Part shown: positions 18,311 through 26,303 of the stretch, one piece after another
Position numbering within the stretch: the stretch's first letter is position 1
How the letters are laid out: every line of letters begins with the position of its first letter
Origin: a virus
Taxonomy: Duplodnaviria; Caudoviricetes
IMG/VR virus record: IMGVR_UViG_3300032084_000368
Span: 1 to 36,820 of that record
DNA: 36,820 nt
Reading direction: 5' to 3' (one strand)
Position numbers and translations under genes: made by a program
The notes under the pieces: generated by a model
Databases searched by the model: none
Told to the model about the DNA's origin: nothing
Seen by the model: the letters and a program-made list of their open reading frames with translations, nothing else

Positions 18311-19518
18311 ACTTCGTACCTACTTATACTTCTTCTAATTGTACAAGATGGTTCTCCGTGATAACCATTTATTTTATTTTTACTTATACATAATGTTCTT
18401 ATTTTATTTTCTGCATCAGAGTTAGAGTTTCTACCTATACCTATAATGATGTCTGCTTCTGCAGCTTTACCTGTCTTAGAGTTTTCCATCATATCAAATG
18501 ATATACTATTTCTATTGTGTGCATCTGCTGATGCTTGTGATATAGCAATCACAGCACAATCTCTTCTCTTTGCTATCTCTCTTACGCTTGTATATATCTG
18601 CCTTAACTTTTCATCTGTTCTAGCAAATGTACCTGTCACATTTATTTTATCTAACTGATCTATAACTATTATATCAGGTTTATGTTTCTCACAATGTGCA
18701 TCTATGTCTTCCATTGACCAATCAACTGTATCAAACATAGCTATATTATCTTTTATTTCACTCCAAGCATTTTGTGCTATTTCTTTGTCTTGTATTATTT
18801 CTTCTCTAGTCATACCAGTATAACAAGATATGGCTCTCATCTGTGTTCTGATTGCAGGTTCTTCATTTATAAATGCGTGAACCTTTGCACCTTGCTCAGC
18901 AAATCCTTCAGGTCCTGCACAAAGACTAACCCAAAATGCTGTCTTACCTGTTTCAGGTCTAGCAAATGCAATCATAAGATTACCACCACCAATACCACCT
19001 ACATTTTCTTTTAACACAGGTATATTAAACTTCCATTTAGTAGTTACATTTAATAATCCTAATACTTCTTTTACATCACTTGTAACTGCAGGTGTCTTTT
19101 CTTCGTCACCTTGTTTATGATTTTCTATCATACCAGCTATATCAGTAAAGTTTGCATCTTTACCATTAAATATTTCTGTAGCTTCAACAGCTATTCGTTG
19201 TGCTAAATCTCTGTCAGATAAAATACGCATTATATCTTTTGCTATTTCTTTACTAGGTTCTTGTATTTCTTTTATATCCTCTACTAACTCACTAAACTTT
19301 TCTTTCGCAGCACGAGTTAATGCAGGATTAAATATAGCAGTATGTAAAGAATATAATTCATCAACACTTATATCATCTGAATATTTTGCATGTGCTTTTT
19401 GTATTGTATCAAACAAAGAACTTATATCTCCTGTAAATATAGTAGGTGATATAGTGCCTTTGTATTTTGTATAGAATGCTTTACCAAGCATTAGTCTAAG
19501 CATTTGTTTTTCTATCAT
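18307..19518 (-). CDS. Replicative SF4 (DnaB/T7 gp4-like) helicase
   Basis: Walker A ARPETGKT, NEE, Walker B IIVIDQLD, ISQ and EADIIIG motifs. Confidence 0.95.
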   Translation of the reverse strand: MIEKQMLRLMLGKAFYTKYKGTISPTIFTGDISSLFDTIQKAHAKYSDDISVDELYSLHTAIFNPALTRAAKEKFSELVEDIKEIQEPSKEIAKDIMRILSDRDLAQRIAVEATEIFNGKDANFTDIAGMIENHKQGDEEKTPAVTSDVKEVLGLLNVTTKWKFNIPVLKENVGGIGGGNLMIAFARPETGKTAFWVSLCAGPEGFAEQGAKVHAFINEEPAIRTQMRAISCYTGMTREEIIQDKEIAQNAWSEIKDNIAMFDTVDWSMEDIDAHCEKHKPDIIVIDQLDKINVTGTFARTDEKLRQIYTSVREIAKRRDCAVIAISQASADAHNRNSISFDMMENSKTGKAAEADIIIGIGRNSNSDAENKIRTLCISKNKINGYHGEPSCTIRRSISRYEV

Positions 19519-20305
19519 AAAACATCTCCCTTATTTGTTCTGTATTAAAGTATTTAAGGTCATCTTCTAACGGTTTAACCACGACATTGTCAAACCCTGA
19601 CGACCTTAAATCTTTTGCTATATCATATGCTTTTGTTGTAGCATCTCTGTCTAAACAGATGTATAGTTTTTTATACGGTTTTAAATGACTCTTATGTAAA
19701 TCTTTTAATTTTGTACCCATAATTGCAATACCAGTAAGTATGTTAGATACAGCACAAGCTGATGGACAATCTTCTACTATAACTGCATCATCACACTCAC
19801 CACATTTAAATGGTACATCTTTATTACCATACATAAACCATTTAGGATAAACATTTTTATTTAATCCTCTACCTACTGCACCAACAAATTTATGTGAGTA
19901 TCGATTTTTTATTAAGAATACAACTCTATCTTGTTGCACATCATATTTTATATCTGCTCTACCCCAAGACCACGCTTCCCAACAATTATTATTTGATAAC
20001 CAACGCATTGCTTTTTCATTAGAATATATACCTGTAAAGCTGTCAGGTATTTTAAACTCTTCGTTTTCTATATATAGTTCTTGATTACCTTTAAGAACTT
20101 TCTCTACATATTGCATATTTTTTTCTCCTTCTTTTTTTCCTCTAGCTTTACAAGTTGAATGAAAGCAATACCAGTTTATATTATTATCCATAGTGTCTAC
20201 TGATAATGTATTTAAATTTTTACAGAAAGGACAATCCATTCTCATCTGTGTATCAGGTGGAATAAATAGTCCTTGTATAATATTTAGTTGCTGTTTATAA
20301 TTCAA
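19496..20305 (-). CDS. DNA primase (Zn finger plus TOPRIM)
   Basis: CPFC...CFHSTC zinc-binding domain; VIVED and CLDRD TOPRIM motifs. Confidence 0.92.
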   Translation of the reverse strand: MNYKQQLNIIQGLFIPPDTQMRMDCPFCKNLNTLSVDTMDNNINWYCFHSTCKARGKKEGEKNMQYVEKVLKGNQELYIENEEFKIPDSFTGIYSNEKAMRWLSNNNCWEAWSWGRADIKYDVQQDRVVFLIKNRYSHKFVGAVGRGLNKNVYPKWFMYGNKDVPFKCGECDDAVIVEDCPSACAVSNILTGIAIMGTKLKDLHKSHLKPYKKLYICLDRDATTKAYDIAKDLRSSGFDNVVVKPLEDDLKYFNTEQIREMFYDRKTNA

Positions 20306-20505
20306 TTACTAACTTCCTCGTATGTAACCCTAGTTTTAGTTTTATCATAAAAGGTATCTCGAGTGAGAATAAGTTTTTTGGTAAGTATTAGATGTGTTGC
20401 CTCATCATCTATTCTATCTGCGTCTACGACTCCTGTGAGTGGTAATGTGTATTGCCCTGTATATCCTAATCCGTATACTTTTATGAGGTAGTTCTTTGTT
20501 TCCAT
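20302..20505 (-). CDS. Hypothetical protein
   Basis: 67 aa, AAGGAG RBS, ATGA overlap with the primase. Confidence 0.7.
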   Translation of the reverse strand: METKNYLIKVYGLGYTGQYTLPLTGVVDADRIDDEATHLILTKKLILTRDTFYDKTKTRVTYEEVSN

Positions 20506-20526
20506 TGTTTTCTCCTTATCACATTT

Positions 20527-20637
20527 TTATTTATTTGTCAACTGATTTTGTAAAATATTTTTTATTATTGTAACTTTGGGATCTATATCTGTAGTCTTAC
20601 AAGATGTAAGTAGTAATAATATAATTATATATTTCAT
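20527..20637 (-). CDS. 36-aa putative lipoprotein (not in ORF track)
   Basis: MKYIIILLLLTSCKTTDIDPKVTIIKNILQNQLTNK; lipobox-like LTSC; ATGA coupling. Confidence 0.6.
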   Translation of the reverse strand: MKYIIILLLLTSCKTTDIDPKVTIIKNILQNQLTNK

Positions 20638-20756
20638 ATATTTAAAAGTTTGTTGCGTAGTTTTATAGCTAAATCCCATTTACCTTTTTCTCTACATCTT
20701 AATATCAAACACTTAAGTCTAAATATTAATTTAGTTTTTGCATTTCTTTGTTTCAT
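20634..20756 (-). CDS. 40-aa basic hypothetical protein (not in ORF track)
   Basis: MKQRNAKTKLIFRLKCLILRCREKGKWDLAIKLRNKLLNI; AAGGA RBS; ATGA coupling at both ends. Confidence 0.65.
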   Translation of the reverse strand: MKQRNAKTKLIFRLKCLILRCREKGKWDLAIKLRNKLLNI

Positions 20757-20884
20757 TTTTTTCCTTTCTTTCTATGCCTACCCATATACCAATCTCCTGG
20801 CTCATAGTTCCATTTCTTTCCGTGATGACCCCTTATATCAGCATACCACATACGAAGCCTTACTATTATTTTTTTAATTATCAT
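20753..20884 (-). CDS. 43-aa hypothetical protein (not in ORF track)
   Basis: MIIKKIIVRLRMWYADIRGHHGKKWNYEPGDWYMGRHRKKGKK; coupled to its neighbours. Confidence 0.6.
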   Translation of the reverse strand: MIIKKIIVRLRMWYADIRGHHGKKWNYEPGDWYMGRHRKKGKK

Positions 20885-21035
20885 TTTTTTGTTCTTCTAT
20901 TTCTGTTAAGTATTCATCTATTCCTGAAGTAATATCATCAGGAATATCAATAAGTTTTTCTACCTTACCATTAGACCACTCAACATCTATTGACCAACCT
21001 ATTATTTTTAGGTCACCCTTTTTATCTACACTCAT
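20874..21035 (-). CDS. 53-aa acidic hypothetical protein (not in ORF track)
   Basis: MSVDKKGDLKIIGWSIDVEWSNGKVEKLIDIPDDITSGIDEYLTEIEEQKNDN; TAATG coupling and AAGGA RBS. Confidence 0.7.
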   Translation of the reverse strand: MSVDKKGDLKIIGWSIDVEWSNGKVEKLIDIPDDITSGIDEYLTEIEEQKNDN

Positions 21036-21670
21036 TAATGTTCCTTATAACTTACTTGTTTAACTGAACGACTCCAACAAGTACGGCAAGATTTACACTC
21101 ACCATCTTGTTTATATGCAGGACATTCCTGTCCAACTGCAGGTTTATCTTTGTGTACACCTGATGTCCACTTCCAAAACTTTGGTGGTGGACTATCTACT
21201 TTAATTGCAGATACACGCAAACATAAATTTTTTGGCACATCTTTTTCTTTAATATCTTTTATAAATTGATATTCTCTTGTGGCTAACCAGTATTTTATGT
21301 GAGGTGTCAGCTCACATACCTCAAATATTTTCATAAGATGTGAGAAAGATTGCAAATCTCCTGAGTCAAACCACCTGTGATAATGCCTTGATTTATCTAG
21401 GTTTTTATACTTTTGGGTAATGAGTTCTGCCATATAATCTACCCACTCAGGTTTCTCTATTGCTTTTCTTCTTAACTCGTGGGCATTAGCAACAACAGGA
21501 AATAAATAATGTCCATTAAGTGCATAACATTTATTACAGATAGTTCCTTTTATCTTTGCTAACTTACTACCTGTCTTGCATTTCTTTGCTGATATACCCC
21601 ACGCATACGCAGGCATTTTACTAGGGTTAGATAGTGTACCTATCTTTTTCTCCAACTCTTTTCGTTTCAT
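21035..21670 (-). CDS. Gp88-like Cys-rich (Fe-S, radical-SAM-like) phage protein
   Basis: SKMP..C-x13-CxxCYA, RWFDSGD, WLATRE and a C-terminal CPA-x6-CxxCxxCW; GAGGAGG RBS. Confidence 0.75.
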   Translation of the reverse strand: MKRKELEKKIGTLSNPSKMPAYAWGISAKKCKTGSKLAKIKGTICNKCYALNGHYLFPVVANAHELRRKAIEKPEWVDYMAELITQKYKNLDKSRHYHRWFDSGDLQSFSHLMKIFEVCELTPHIKYWLATREYQFIKDIKEKDVPKNLCLRVSAIKVDSPPPKFWKWTSGVHKDKPAVGQECPAYKQDGECKSCRTCWSRSVKQVSYKEH

Positions 21671-21837
21671 ATATCCTCCTCAAAATCTTTTATATCCCAA
21701 CCATCACACAAAAAAGAATGGTCAACATCAGGTGTTGTTCTCCACTTAGTTTCTTTTCCGTCTTTATCTGTTGTAATAAAAGTTAGTTTATCAACTATTA
21801 GATTTGATAGTTCTTCTTCTGTCATTTTTCTTTTCAT
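21667..21837 (-). CDS. 56-aa hypothetical protein, probably leaderless (not in ORF track)
   Basis: MKRKMTEEELSNLIVDKLTFITTDKDGKETKWRTTPDVDHSFLCDGWDIKDFEEDI; ATGA coupling to the Gp88-like gene. Confidence 0.65.
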   Translation of the reverse strand: MKRKMTEEELSNLIVDKLTFITTDKDGKETKWRTTPDVDHSFLCDGWDIKDFEEDI

Positions 21838-21842
21838 ACTTA

Positions 21843-21871
21843 CTTATACCATAAATTAATAGATGTGTCAA
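21843..21871 (-). promoter_or_regulatory. sigma70-type promoter
   Basis: TTGACA-17 nt-TATAAG with an extended -10 TG. Confidence 0.75.
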
Positions 21872-21880
21872 TTTGCATAC

Positions 21881-21909
21881 TAGACTTTTTTCAAAAAGTA
21901 TGCTATGAT
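21881..21909 (+). promoter_or_regulatory. Candidate antisense sigma70 promoter
   Basis: TAGACT-17 nt-TATGAT with an extended -10 TG, followed by a CCTGC...GCAGG hairpin at 21912-21929. Confidence 0.5.
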
Positions 21910-21938
21910 ATCCTGCGTTTCGGGGCAGGGTTAATATA

Positions 21939-22115
21939 CTACTTGGGTTCTATCCCTTTAGTTGTAGTTGAAATAAAATTATTATGTTTGTTTGTATACT
22001 CAATGGCATACTCTTTTTTATGGTCTAACTTTCTTCTTAATTTTTTTAAAGACATAGCTTCCATATCTTCTGACATTTCTTTTCCTAATTCTCTTACTTT
22101 GTATTTATATCTCAT
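21939..22115 (-). CDS. 58-aa basic hypothetical protein (not in ORF track)
   Basis: MRYKYKVRELGKEMSEDMEAMSLKKLRRKLDHKKEYAIEYTNKHNNFISTTTKGIEPK; AAGG upstream. Confidence 0.65.
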   Translation of the reverse strand: MRYKYKVRELGKEMSEDMEAMSLKKLRRKLDHKKEYAIEYTNKHNNFISTTTKGIEPK

Positions 22116-22263
22116 AGTTGTGTACCTTGTTTAGTTGCCTTTCTTTTTTTTGTTTTTCTTTTTTAATATTGTATTGTACCACAAAATAAACTATAAGTCC
22201 ACCCACCAATATGGCACATAGACCTATAAATAATTGTAGTATTCCTAATTGTATTGTTGTCAT
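22105..22263 (-). CDS. 52-aa single-TM membrane protein (not in ORF track)
   Basis: MTTIQLGILQLFIGLCAILVGGLIVYFVVQYNIKKEKQKKERQLNKVHNYEI; TM helix followed by a basic tail. Confidence 0.65.
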   Translation of the reverse strand: MTTIQLGILQLFIGLCAILVGGLIVYFVVQYNIKKEKQKKERQLNKVHNYEI

Positions 22264-22296
22264 AAAAAAAGGCTAGGCGATTTCTCGCCTAACCCT
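22264..22296 (-). terminator. Intrinsic terminator
   Basis: - strand GGTTAGGCGA-GAAA-TCGCCTAGCC followed by T7, after the 331-aa gene. Confidence 0.85.
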
Positions 22297-22304
22297 TATG
22301 TAAT

Positions 22305-23300
22305 TTAAGCTACTTGTTGGGATTGAAGATGTTTCTGCAAAGCAATTTTTGCATTAGCAATCTTTTCTTCCTTGCTAGGTTTCCTTTCGTAACCTAATAT
22401 AGAATCTGTCATAGACTTAACACTAGCAGGATTAACTGTTAATGCAGTACCAAAGATTTTATTAATGGAAACATTTGGTTCCCACTCATATTCTTTAGCT
22501 AACATATCTACTTCAGATTTATTTTTCATAGCTTTAATTTGCTCACCTACTAAATCAGTTGCCCGTAATATAGAACTAATCCAGTCTTGATGAGTCTTTA
22601 CTACATTAGCTTTTGCTATTAACATCAGCTCAAATGTAGCAAACTCTGATTCTGTGCAAGGTATTGCACGAGATTTACAACCACCACTACCAATAACATC
22701 TAATGCATAGTTATCTTTCCATACTTGATAGAAGTTAGTAGATTGTCCGTCATTACCCTTTAACCAACGTTGATTTTCATTTGCATTGGTTGAGTGATGA
22801 GGATTACTTCGGTTACCCTTTTGCTCAATCTCTATATCGGGGTTATAGCCATTAGCTTTTAACTCCTCACGATACCAAGCATAACCAAAGTCATTTTCGT
22901 GGTCGTATGATGAATTACCAGTATGACTACCATCTAATTCAAAGCTGAAGTGTTTTTGTTTTTGTTCTTCATCTCTGTATTCATTAAGTACATTTACTGG
23001 TTTTCCCTTTTTATCTACAACTGCAAAATAAAAACAACTGTCTTTTGCTGTGGCATCAACAGTATTATATTTCTTCTGCATTTTTTGTAGTATAGAAACA
23101 TCTTCGGGCTTATAGACTCTATGTACAACTTTGGTTGCTAACTTAAATGCGTCATCAATCCTAGTCTTACACAAAGTTTTAGCTGATAAAAATGCTTCAT
23201 ACTTTGGGTTATCTTTTTTAGATTCTAAAAATCTTCGGAAGTCTTTTATATAAGCTGTCCGATAATCTTTATTCAATCTAATATCTTTTTTCTTCTCCAT
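22305..23300 (-). CDS. Early hypothetical protein
   Basis: 331 aa, AAGGAG RBS, with its own promoter and terminator. Confidence 0.8.
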   Translation of the reverse strand: MEKKKDIRLNKDYRTAYIKDFRRFLESKKDNPKYEAFLSAKTLCKTRIDDAFKLATKVVHRVYKPEDVSILQKMQKKYNTVDATAKDSCFYFAVVDKKGKPVNVLNEYRDEEQKQKHFSFELDGSHTGNSSYDHENDFGYAWYREELKANGYNPDIEIEQKGNRSNPHHSTNANENQRWLKGNDGQSTNFYQVWKDNYALDVIGSGGCKSRAIPCTESEFATFELMLIAKANVVKTHQDWISSILRATDLVGEQIKAMKNKSEVDMLAKEYEWEPNVSINKIFGTALTVNPASVKSMTDSILGYERKPSKEEKIANAKIALQKHLQSQQVA

Positions 23301-23355
23301 TGAGTACTCCTTTCATTGTTGAAGATACTACCAACTTGTTGTCAGTAGTATCTAT

Positions 23356-23384
23356 ATATTACTATATTATTGTTGAGATGTCAA
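23356..23384 (-). promoter_or_regulatory. Early promoter, type A copy 1
   Basis: TTGACA-17 nt-TAATAT; shares a 17-mer with 24525-24541; followed by a 9-bp stem at 23323-23353. Confidence 0.75.
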
Positions 23385-23828
23385 GCCAAGTTGTTCTGCT
23401 AGAACTTTGGCTTGTGCTGATGTTTTTGTAGCGTTCCAACCATTATATCCTTGTGGGTTAGGCTCTCCATTTATTGCTTGTGCTTTAGTAATAGGGTGTC
23501 TAATATTATATAATTTATTAACTAAAAAATAAAGCCAATTACTATCCCCATAACCATTAGAATACTGATATTCAGAATCAATAAGCCAAGCATTTTCCAT
23601 ATTAACTTTTACTGGTTCAGTTATTCTAACACCTATTGCGTCAATGGCTCTATCTAAATATATATTAGACCAAGCATCATAACAACCAAGTGTGCAAAAA
23701 TTACCATTACCATATCCATTAGCAGGATTAGATTGATAATACTTACTACCCTTGCTACCCCTAATTTGATTTGAGTTTTTCTTTTCGGGGCATTTGGGAT
23801 TTTGACACCATTTAGTTTCTCTCGCCAT
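23367..23828 (-). CDS. Early protein with an N-terminal TRASH/treble-clef-like Cys motif
   Basis: CQNPKC...FCTLGC. Confidence 0.7.
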   Translation of the reverse strand: MARETKWCQNPKCPEKKNSNQIRGSKGSKYYQSNPANGYGNGNFCTLGCYDAWSNIYLDRAIDAIGVRITEPVKVNMENAWLIDSEYQYSNGYGDSNWLYFLVNKLYNIRHPITKAQAINGEPNPQGYNGWNATKTSAQAKVLAEQLGLTSQQ

Positions 23829-24036
23829 TGTAATATCCTTTCTCTTTTAAGTATTTATAAGCTGACTTTCTTGTTCGTGGTAAGTCAGGAAAGTATTCAC
23901 GCAATACTTGTATGATATTAACGCGACTTACACGCAAACCAAACTTGCTGATTGCCTCGCTTTGTAAGGCAACAAGTGCCATACGCATACGAAACTCACT
24001 TCTTTGTTGGTCATTTTCAAATGTAATCATTGTCAT
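23812..24036 (-). CDS. Early hypothetical protein
   Basis: 74 aa, GGGAG RBS, ATGA coupling. Confidence 0.7.
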   Translation of the reverse strand: MTMITFENDQQRSEFRMRMALVALQSEAISKFGLRVSRVNIIQVLREYFPDLPRTRKSAYKYLKEKGYYNGERN

Positions 24037-24467
24037 TGCATTGTACTCCCATCTAGGTTGCCACGAAGTAAATTCTTTAACTGACTATACTTCGTAGGGT
24101 TTAAAACATATAACCTAATATGCTCATCAGCCAATCTAAATTGACTGACACCCCATATTTTTTTACCTACACTTATCCATAACAATCTTCGGTATGAGAT
24201 ATTTCTAGGTGCTTTCTTTTCTAGGTCGTGTGCTAAAAGATAATCTTCTCTTTTAGTAGTTCTAGCTTTACCTTTACGCTGATACATTGTGCCGTCAGTT
24301 TGTTTCCAAGTCTTACGATATTTGAAATCAAACTTACCAGTTCTATAACTTCCATCAACTTTAATAAACCCTGCTCTAAATCTTTTTGATTTAGTTTTAC
24401 TTACAAGATTTTCTATAAAGCTAGAGAAGTCACCAATGTGTACAGGTTCATATTGTATTATTGACAT
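24033..24467 (-). CDS. Sm-like SH3 beta-barrel (WYL_2/DUF2693-like) protein
   Basis: FRAGFIKVDGSYR...HDLEKKAPRNI pattern; AAGGAG RBS. Confidence 0.65.
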   Translation of the reverse strand: MSIIQYEPVHIGDFSSFIENLVSKTKSKRFRAGFIKVDGSYRTGKFDFKYRKTWKQTDGTMYQRKGKARTTKREDYLLAHDLEKKAPRNISYRRLLWISVGKKIWGVSQFRLADEHIRLYVLNPTKYSQLKNLLRGNLDGSTMQ

Positions 24468-24487
24468 ATTGTTCTCCTTATTAAATT

Positions 24488-24521
24488 AAAAAGGCGTTGC
24501 CAAGTCTCCCTGACAACGCCT
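24488..24521 (-). terminator. Terminator-like hairpin directly downstream of a promoter
   Basis: - strand AGGCGTTGTCAG-GGAGAC-TTGGCAACGCCT followed by TTTTAATTT. Confidence 0.7.
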
Positions 24522-24525
24522 AATT

Positions 24526-24554
24526 ATATTACTATATTATTTTTATTGAGTCAA
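24526..24554 (-). promoter_or_regulatory. Early promoter, type A copy 2
   Basis: TTGACT-17 nt-TAATAT; the -35 box overlaps the last codons of the upstream gene. Confidence 0.75.
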
Positions 24555-24785
24555 GTTGTTCAATACTTTTCCAACTGGTGTCTTACCAATTCTAGCTTGA
24601 ACATCTTCAATACCCTCATTAACATAAGATTTAATAACTCTTATCTCATCTGTTTCTCTAACAGAATTAAGATAATCTTTTATCTTTTGTAATGTGTATA
24701 GTTCGCCTTGCATACTTCCACTTGAATAGGTATCTTGAATTGACTTTGCCATTTCAAAAAAACTATCTGATGTACTCATTTGCAA
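24543..24785 (-). CDS. Early hypothetical protein
   Basis: 80-aa ORF in the operon; the start may be the second Met. Confidence 0.65.
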   Translation of the reverse strand: MQMSTSDSFFEMAKSIQDTYSSGSMQGELYTLQKIKDYLNSVRETDEIRVIKSYVNEGIEDVQARIGKTPVGKVLNNLTQ

Positions 24786-24964
24786 TTAGCTTTCGTTAAA
24801 TCACTAGACCAATCGTGGTCTTTATTTACAAACCATATATATGATTTGGTTGTGATTGTTTCTTTACCATTAACTTCTTTTAAACACTTCTTGCCAAGCA
24901 TAACTTGTTTATTACTGCAAGCTACAAGTGTTAAAAAAGTCAATAAAATCAAGGTTTTTTTCAT
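24776..24964 (-). CDS. Small lipoprotein (62 aa; start revised from 25054)
   Basis: GAGG RBS; MKKTLILLTFLTLVAC with an LVAC lipobox; two further Cys. Confidence 0.75.
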   Translation of the reverse strand: MKKTLILLTFLTLVACSNKQVMLGKKCLKEVNGKETITTKSYIWFVNKDHDWSSDLTKANCK

Positions 24965-24965
24965 A

Positions 24966-25208
24966 TTAAACCTCGTCACTTTCGCCCATAGGTTTAGTAG
25001 GAATAACCATTTTATGTTTTTCCCACAAGGCAACATCACTATTCCAATATACAAAGCACTCCTTAGCTTTTGCTAATTCATAACCAAGTTCTTGTGTAGG
25101 TTTGCCATCATTTTCAATACGAGCAAGGCAGTTGATAAGTCTTTTTCTTAAAGACCTACGCCACTTTAATTCCCAGCTTGTATCTATTGTTGGTGTGTTG
25201 TTTGTCAT
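24966..25208 (-). CDS. Early hypothetical protein (start revised from 25247)
   Basis: AAGGAG precedes MTNNTPT; the annotated start falls inside the promoter. Confidence 0.65.
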   Translation of the reverse strand: MTNNTPTIDTSWELKWRRSLRKRLINCLARIENDGKPTQELGYELAKAKECFVYWNSDVALWEKHKMVIPTKPMGESDEV

Positions 25209-25238
25209 ATATATATATACTCCTTTGTTGAGAACTAT

Positions 25239-25285
25239 AATATACAATAAAAAAACCCCTGTGTCAATTAAGGCACAAGGGTTTT
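25239..25285 (-). promoter_or_regulatory. Composite terminator/promoter, type B copy 1
   Basis: Hairpin AAAACCCTTGTGCC/GACACAGGGGTTTT plus a T run, overlapping TTGACA-17 nt-TATATT. Confidence 0.8.
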
Positions 25286-25319
25286 ACTTTTCCGAGGGAG
25301 AAAAAGATTCTGTTAATTT

Positions 25320-25595
25320 TTATGGTACATAATTTATATCAACTATATCTCTAGCTTGTTTCATTTGTGTTGCCCTAGCATTATCAAAAAAGCTAGTGAC
25401 TTTTATTATGTGGCATAGTTGTCTTAGTGGTTCTTCTGTTGTTTCTAATCTATCTTTTAATAAATTAATAACAGTCTCTAAGTCAGCTATTTTTAAATGC
25501 AAATCACCATTTTGTTTTTGGTGTGCTTTGCTTATATCTTCAAGTTCTTTTACTCGTTCTTGAAGTTTTCTATATGGTGTCGTTGCCATAAACAT
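25320..25595 (-). CDS. Early coiled-coil protein
   Basis: About 91 aa with heptad repeats; AAGGAG RBS favours the second Met. Confidence 0.7.
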   Translation of the reverse strand: MFMATTPYRKLQERVKELEDISKAHQKQNGDLHLKIADLETVINLLKDRLETTEEPLRQLCHIIKVTSFFDNARATQMKQARDIVDINYVP

Positions 25596-25614
25596 CTCCT
25601 TTGTTAATGCTTAT

Positions 25615-25659
25615 AGTATATAATAAAAAACCCCCTGCGTCAAGCTGACACAAGGGGTT
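25615..25659 (-). promoter_or_regulatory. Composite terminator/promoter, type B copy 2
   Basis: Hairpin AACCCCTTGTGTCA/TGACGCAGGGGGTT plus a T run, overlapping TTGACG-17 nt-TATACT. Confidence 0.8.
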
Positions 25660-25685
25660 CTACCTATCTGTTTCCATATATTTTT

Positions 25686-25754
25686 TTATAAAAATGTAGC
25701 AATCATTAACATTATAATGGTTGCCCAAAAAAATGTAGCTAGTGTTGTTTGCAT
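25686..25754 (-). CDS. 22-aa hydrophobic peptide MQTTLATFFWATIIMLMIATFL (not in ORF track)
   Basis: AAAGGA RBS; candidate promoter immediately upstream. Confidence 0.6.
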   Translation of the reverse strand: MQTTLATFFWATIIMLMIATFL

Positions 25755-25773
25755 AATTATCCTTTCTAATAAC

Positions 25774-25802
25774 ATTAGATATTATTAAAAGTTATATGTC
25801 AA
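25774..25802 (-). promoter_or_regulatory. Candidate sigma70 promoter
   Basis: TTGACA-17 nt-TCTAAT in an intergenic gap. Confidence 0.5.
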
Positions 25803-25809
25803 GTGATTA

Positions 25810-25944
25810 TTATTTAACTACTTCTATTTTTACTTTTACTTTTTTAAACCATTGTTTAAATATTAAACCTAGTTCAAGTAATAGTGTTTGTAATTGTAGA
25901 TTACTAGCTTTACTTACTTTTATTTTAATTATTTTTGTAGGCAT
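25810..25944 (-). CDS. 44-aa basic hypothetical protein (not in ORF track)
   Basis: MPTKIIKIKVSKASNLQLQTLLLELGLIFKQWFKKVKVKIEVVK. Confidence 0.55.
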   Translation of the reverse strand: MPTKIIKIKVSKASNLQLQTLLLELGLIFKQWFKKVKVKIEVVK

Positions 25945-26125
25945 TTTTTTCTATACTTTCATAAATATTTTTATTTATTTCTAGCTTTGATAAACCTTTA
26001 TCATTAGCTGAATATACAATTATAAAATGATTATCTTCAGCATTATATAACTCACATTTACAATAAAATGGTGTTCTTTTTTTTATTGTAGTTGTATATC
26101 CACGCCAATTACTGACAATCATCAT
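25925..26125 (-). CDS. Early hypothetical protein
   Basis: 66 aa, AAGG upstream. Confidence 0.6.
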   Translation of the reverse strand: MMIVSNWRGYTTTIKKRTPFYCKCELYNAEDNHFIIVYSANDKGLSKLEINKNIYESIEKNAYKNN

Positions 26126-26270
26126 TTGCCTTTGCTTTTTTAAAACTTTTATCTAATTGTTTTTGTCTATATAATTCTCTATCTAATTGTGATATTTTTA
26201 TTTCACAAATTATAAAACCAACAAAGCCAATTAATATTAAAGCCATACCAATATATAAAATTGTATTCAT
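26109..26270 (-). CDS. 53-aa single-TM membrane protein, first gene of the early arm (not in ORF track)
   Basis: AAAGGA RBS; MNTILYIGMALILIGFVGFIICEIKISQLDRELYRQKQLDKSFKKAKANDDCQ. Confidence 0.7.
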   Translation of the reverse strand: MNTILYIGMALILIGFVGFIICEIKISQLDRELYRQKQLDKSFKKAKANDDCQ

Positions 26271-26303
26271 ATTTTTTTATTCCTTTTTTATTTTTTATTA
26301 TTA

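Noticed and set aside
20513-20541. - strand promoter TTGACA upstream of the 20505 gene
   Set aside because: Perfect -35, but the hexamer at 17 nt is TAAGGA (the RBS); the -10 is too weak to call.
25660-25677. Micro-ORF METDR
   Set aside because: No RBS or stop/start overlap; could easily be chance.
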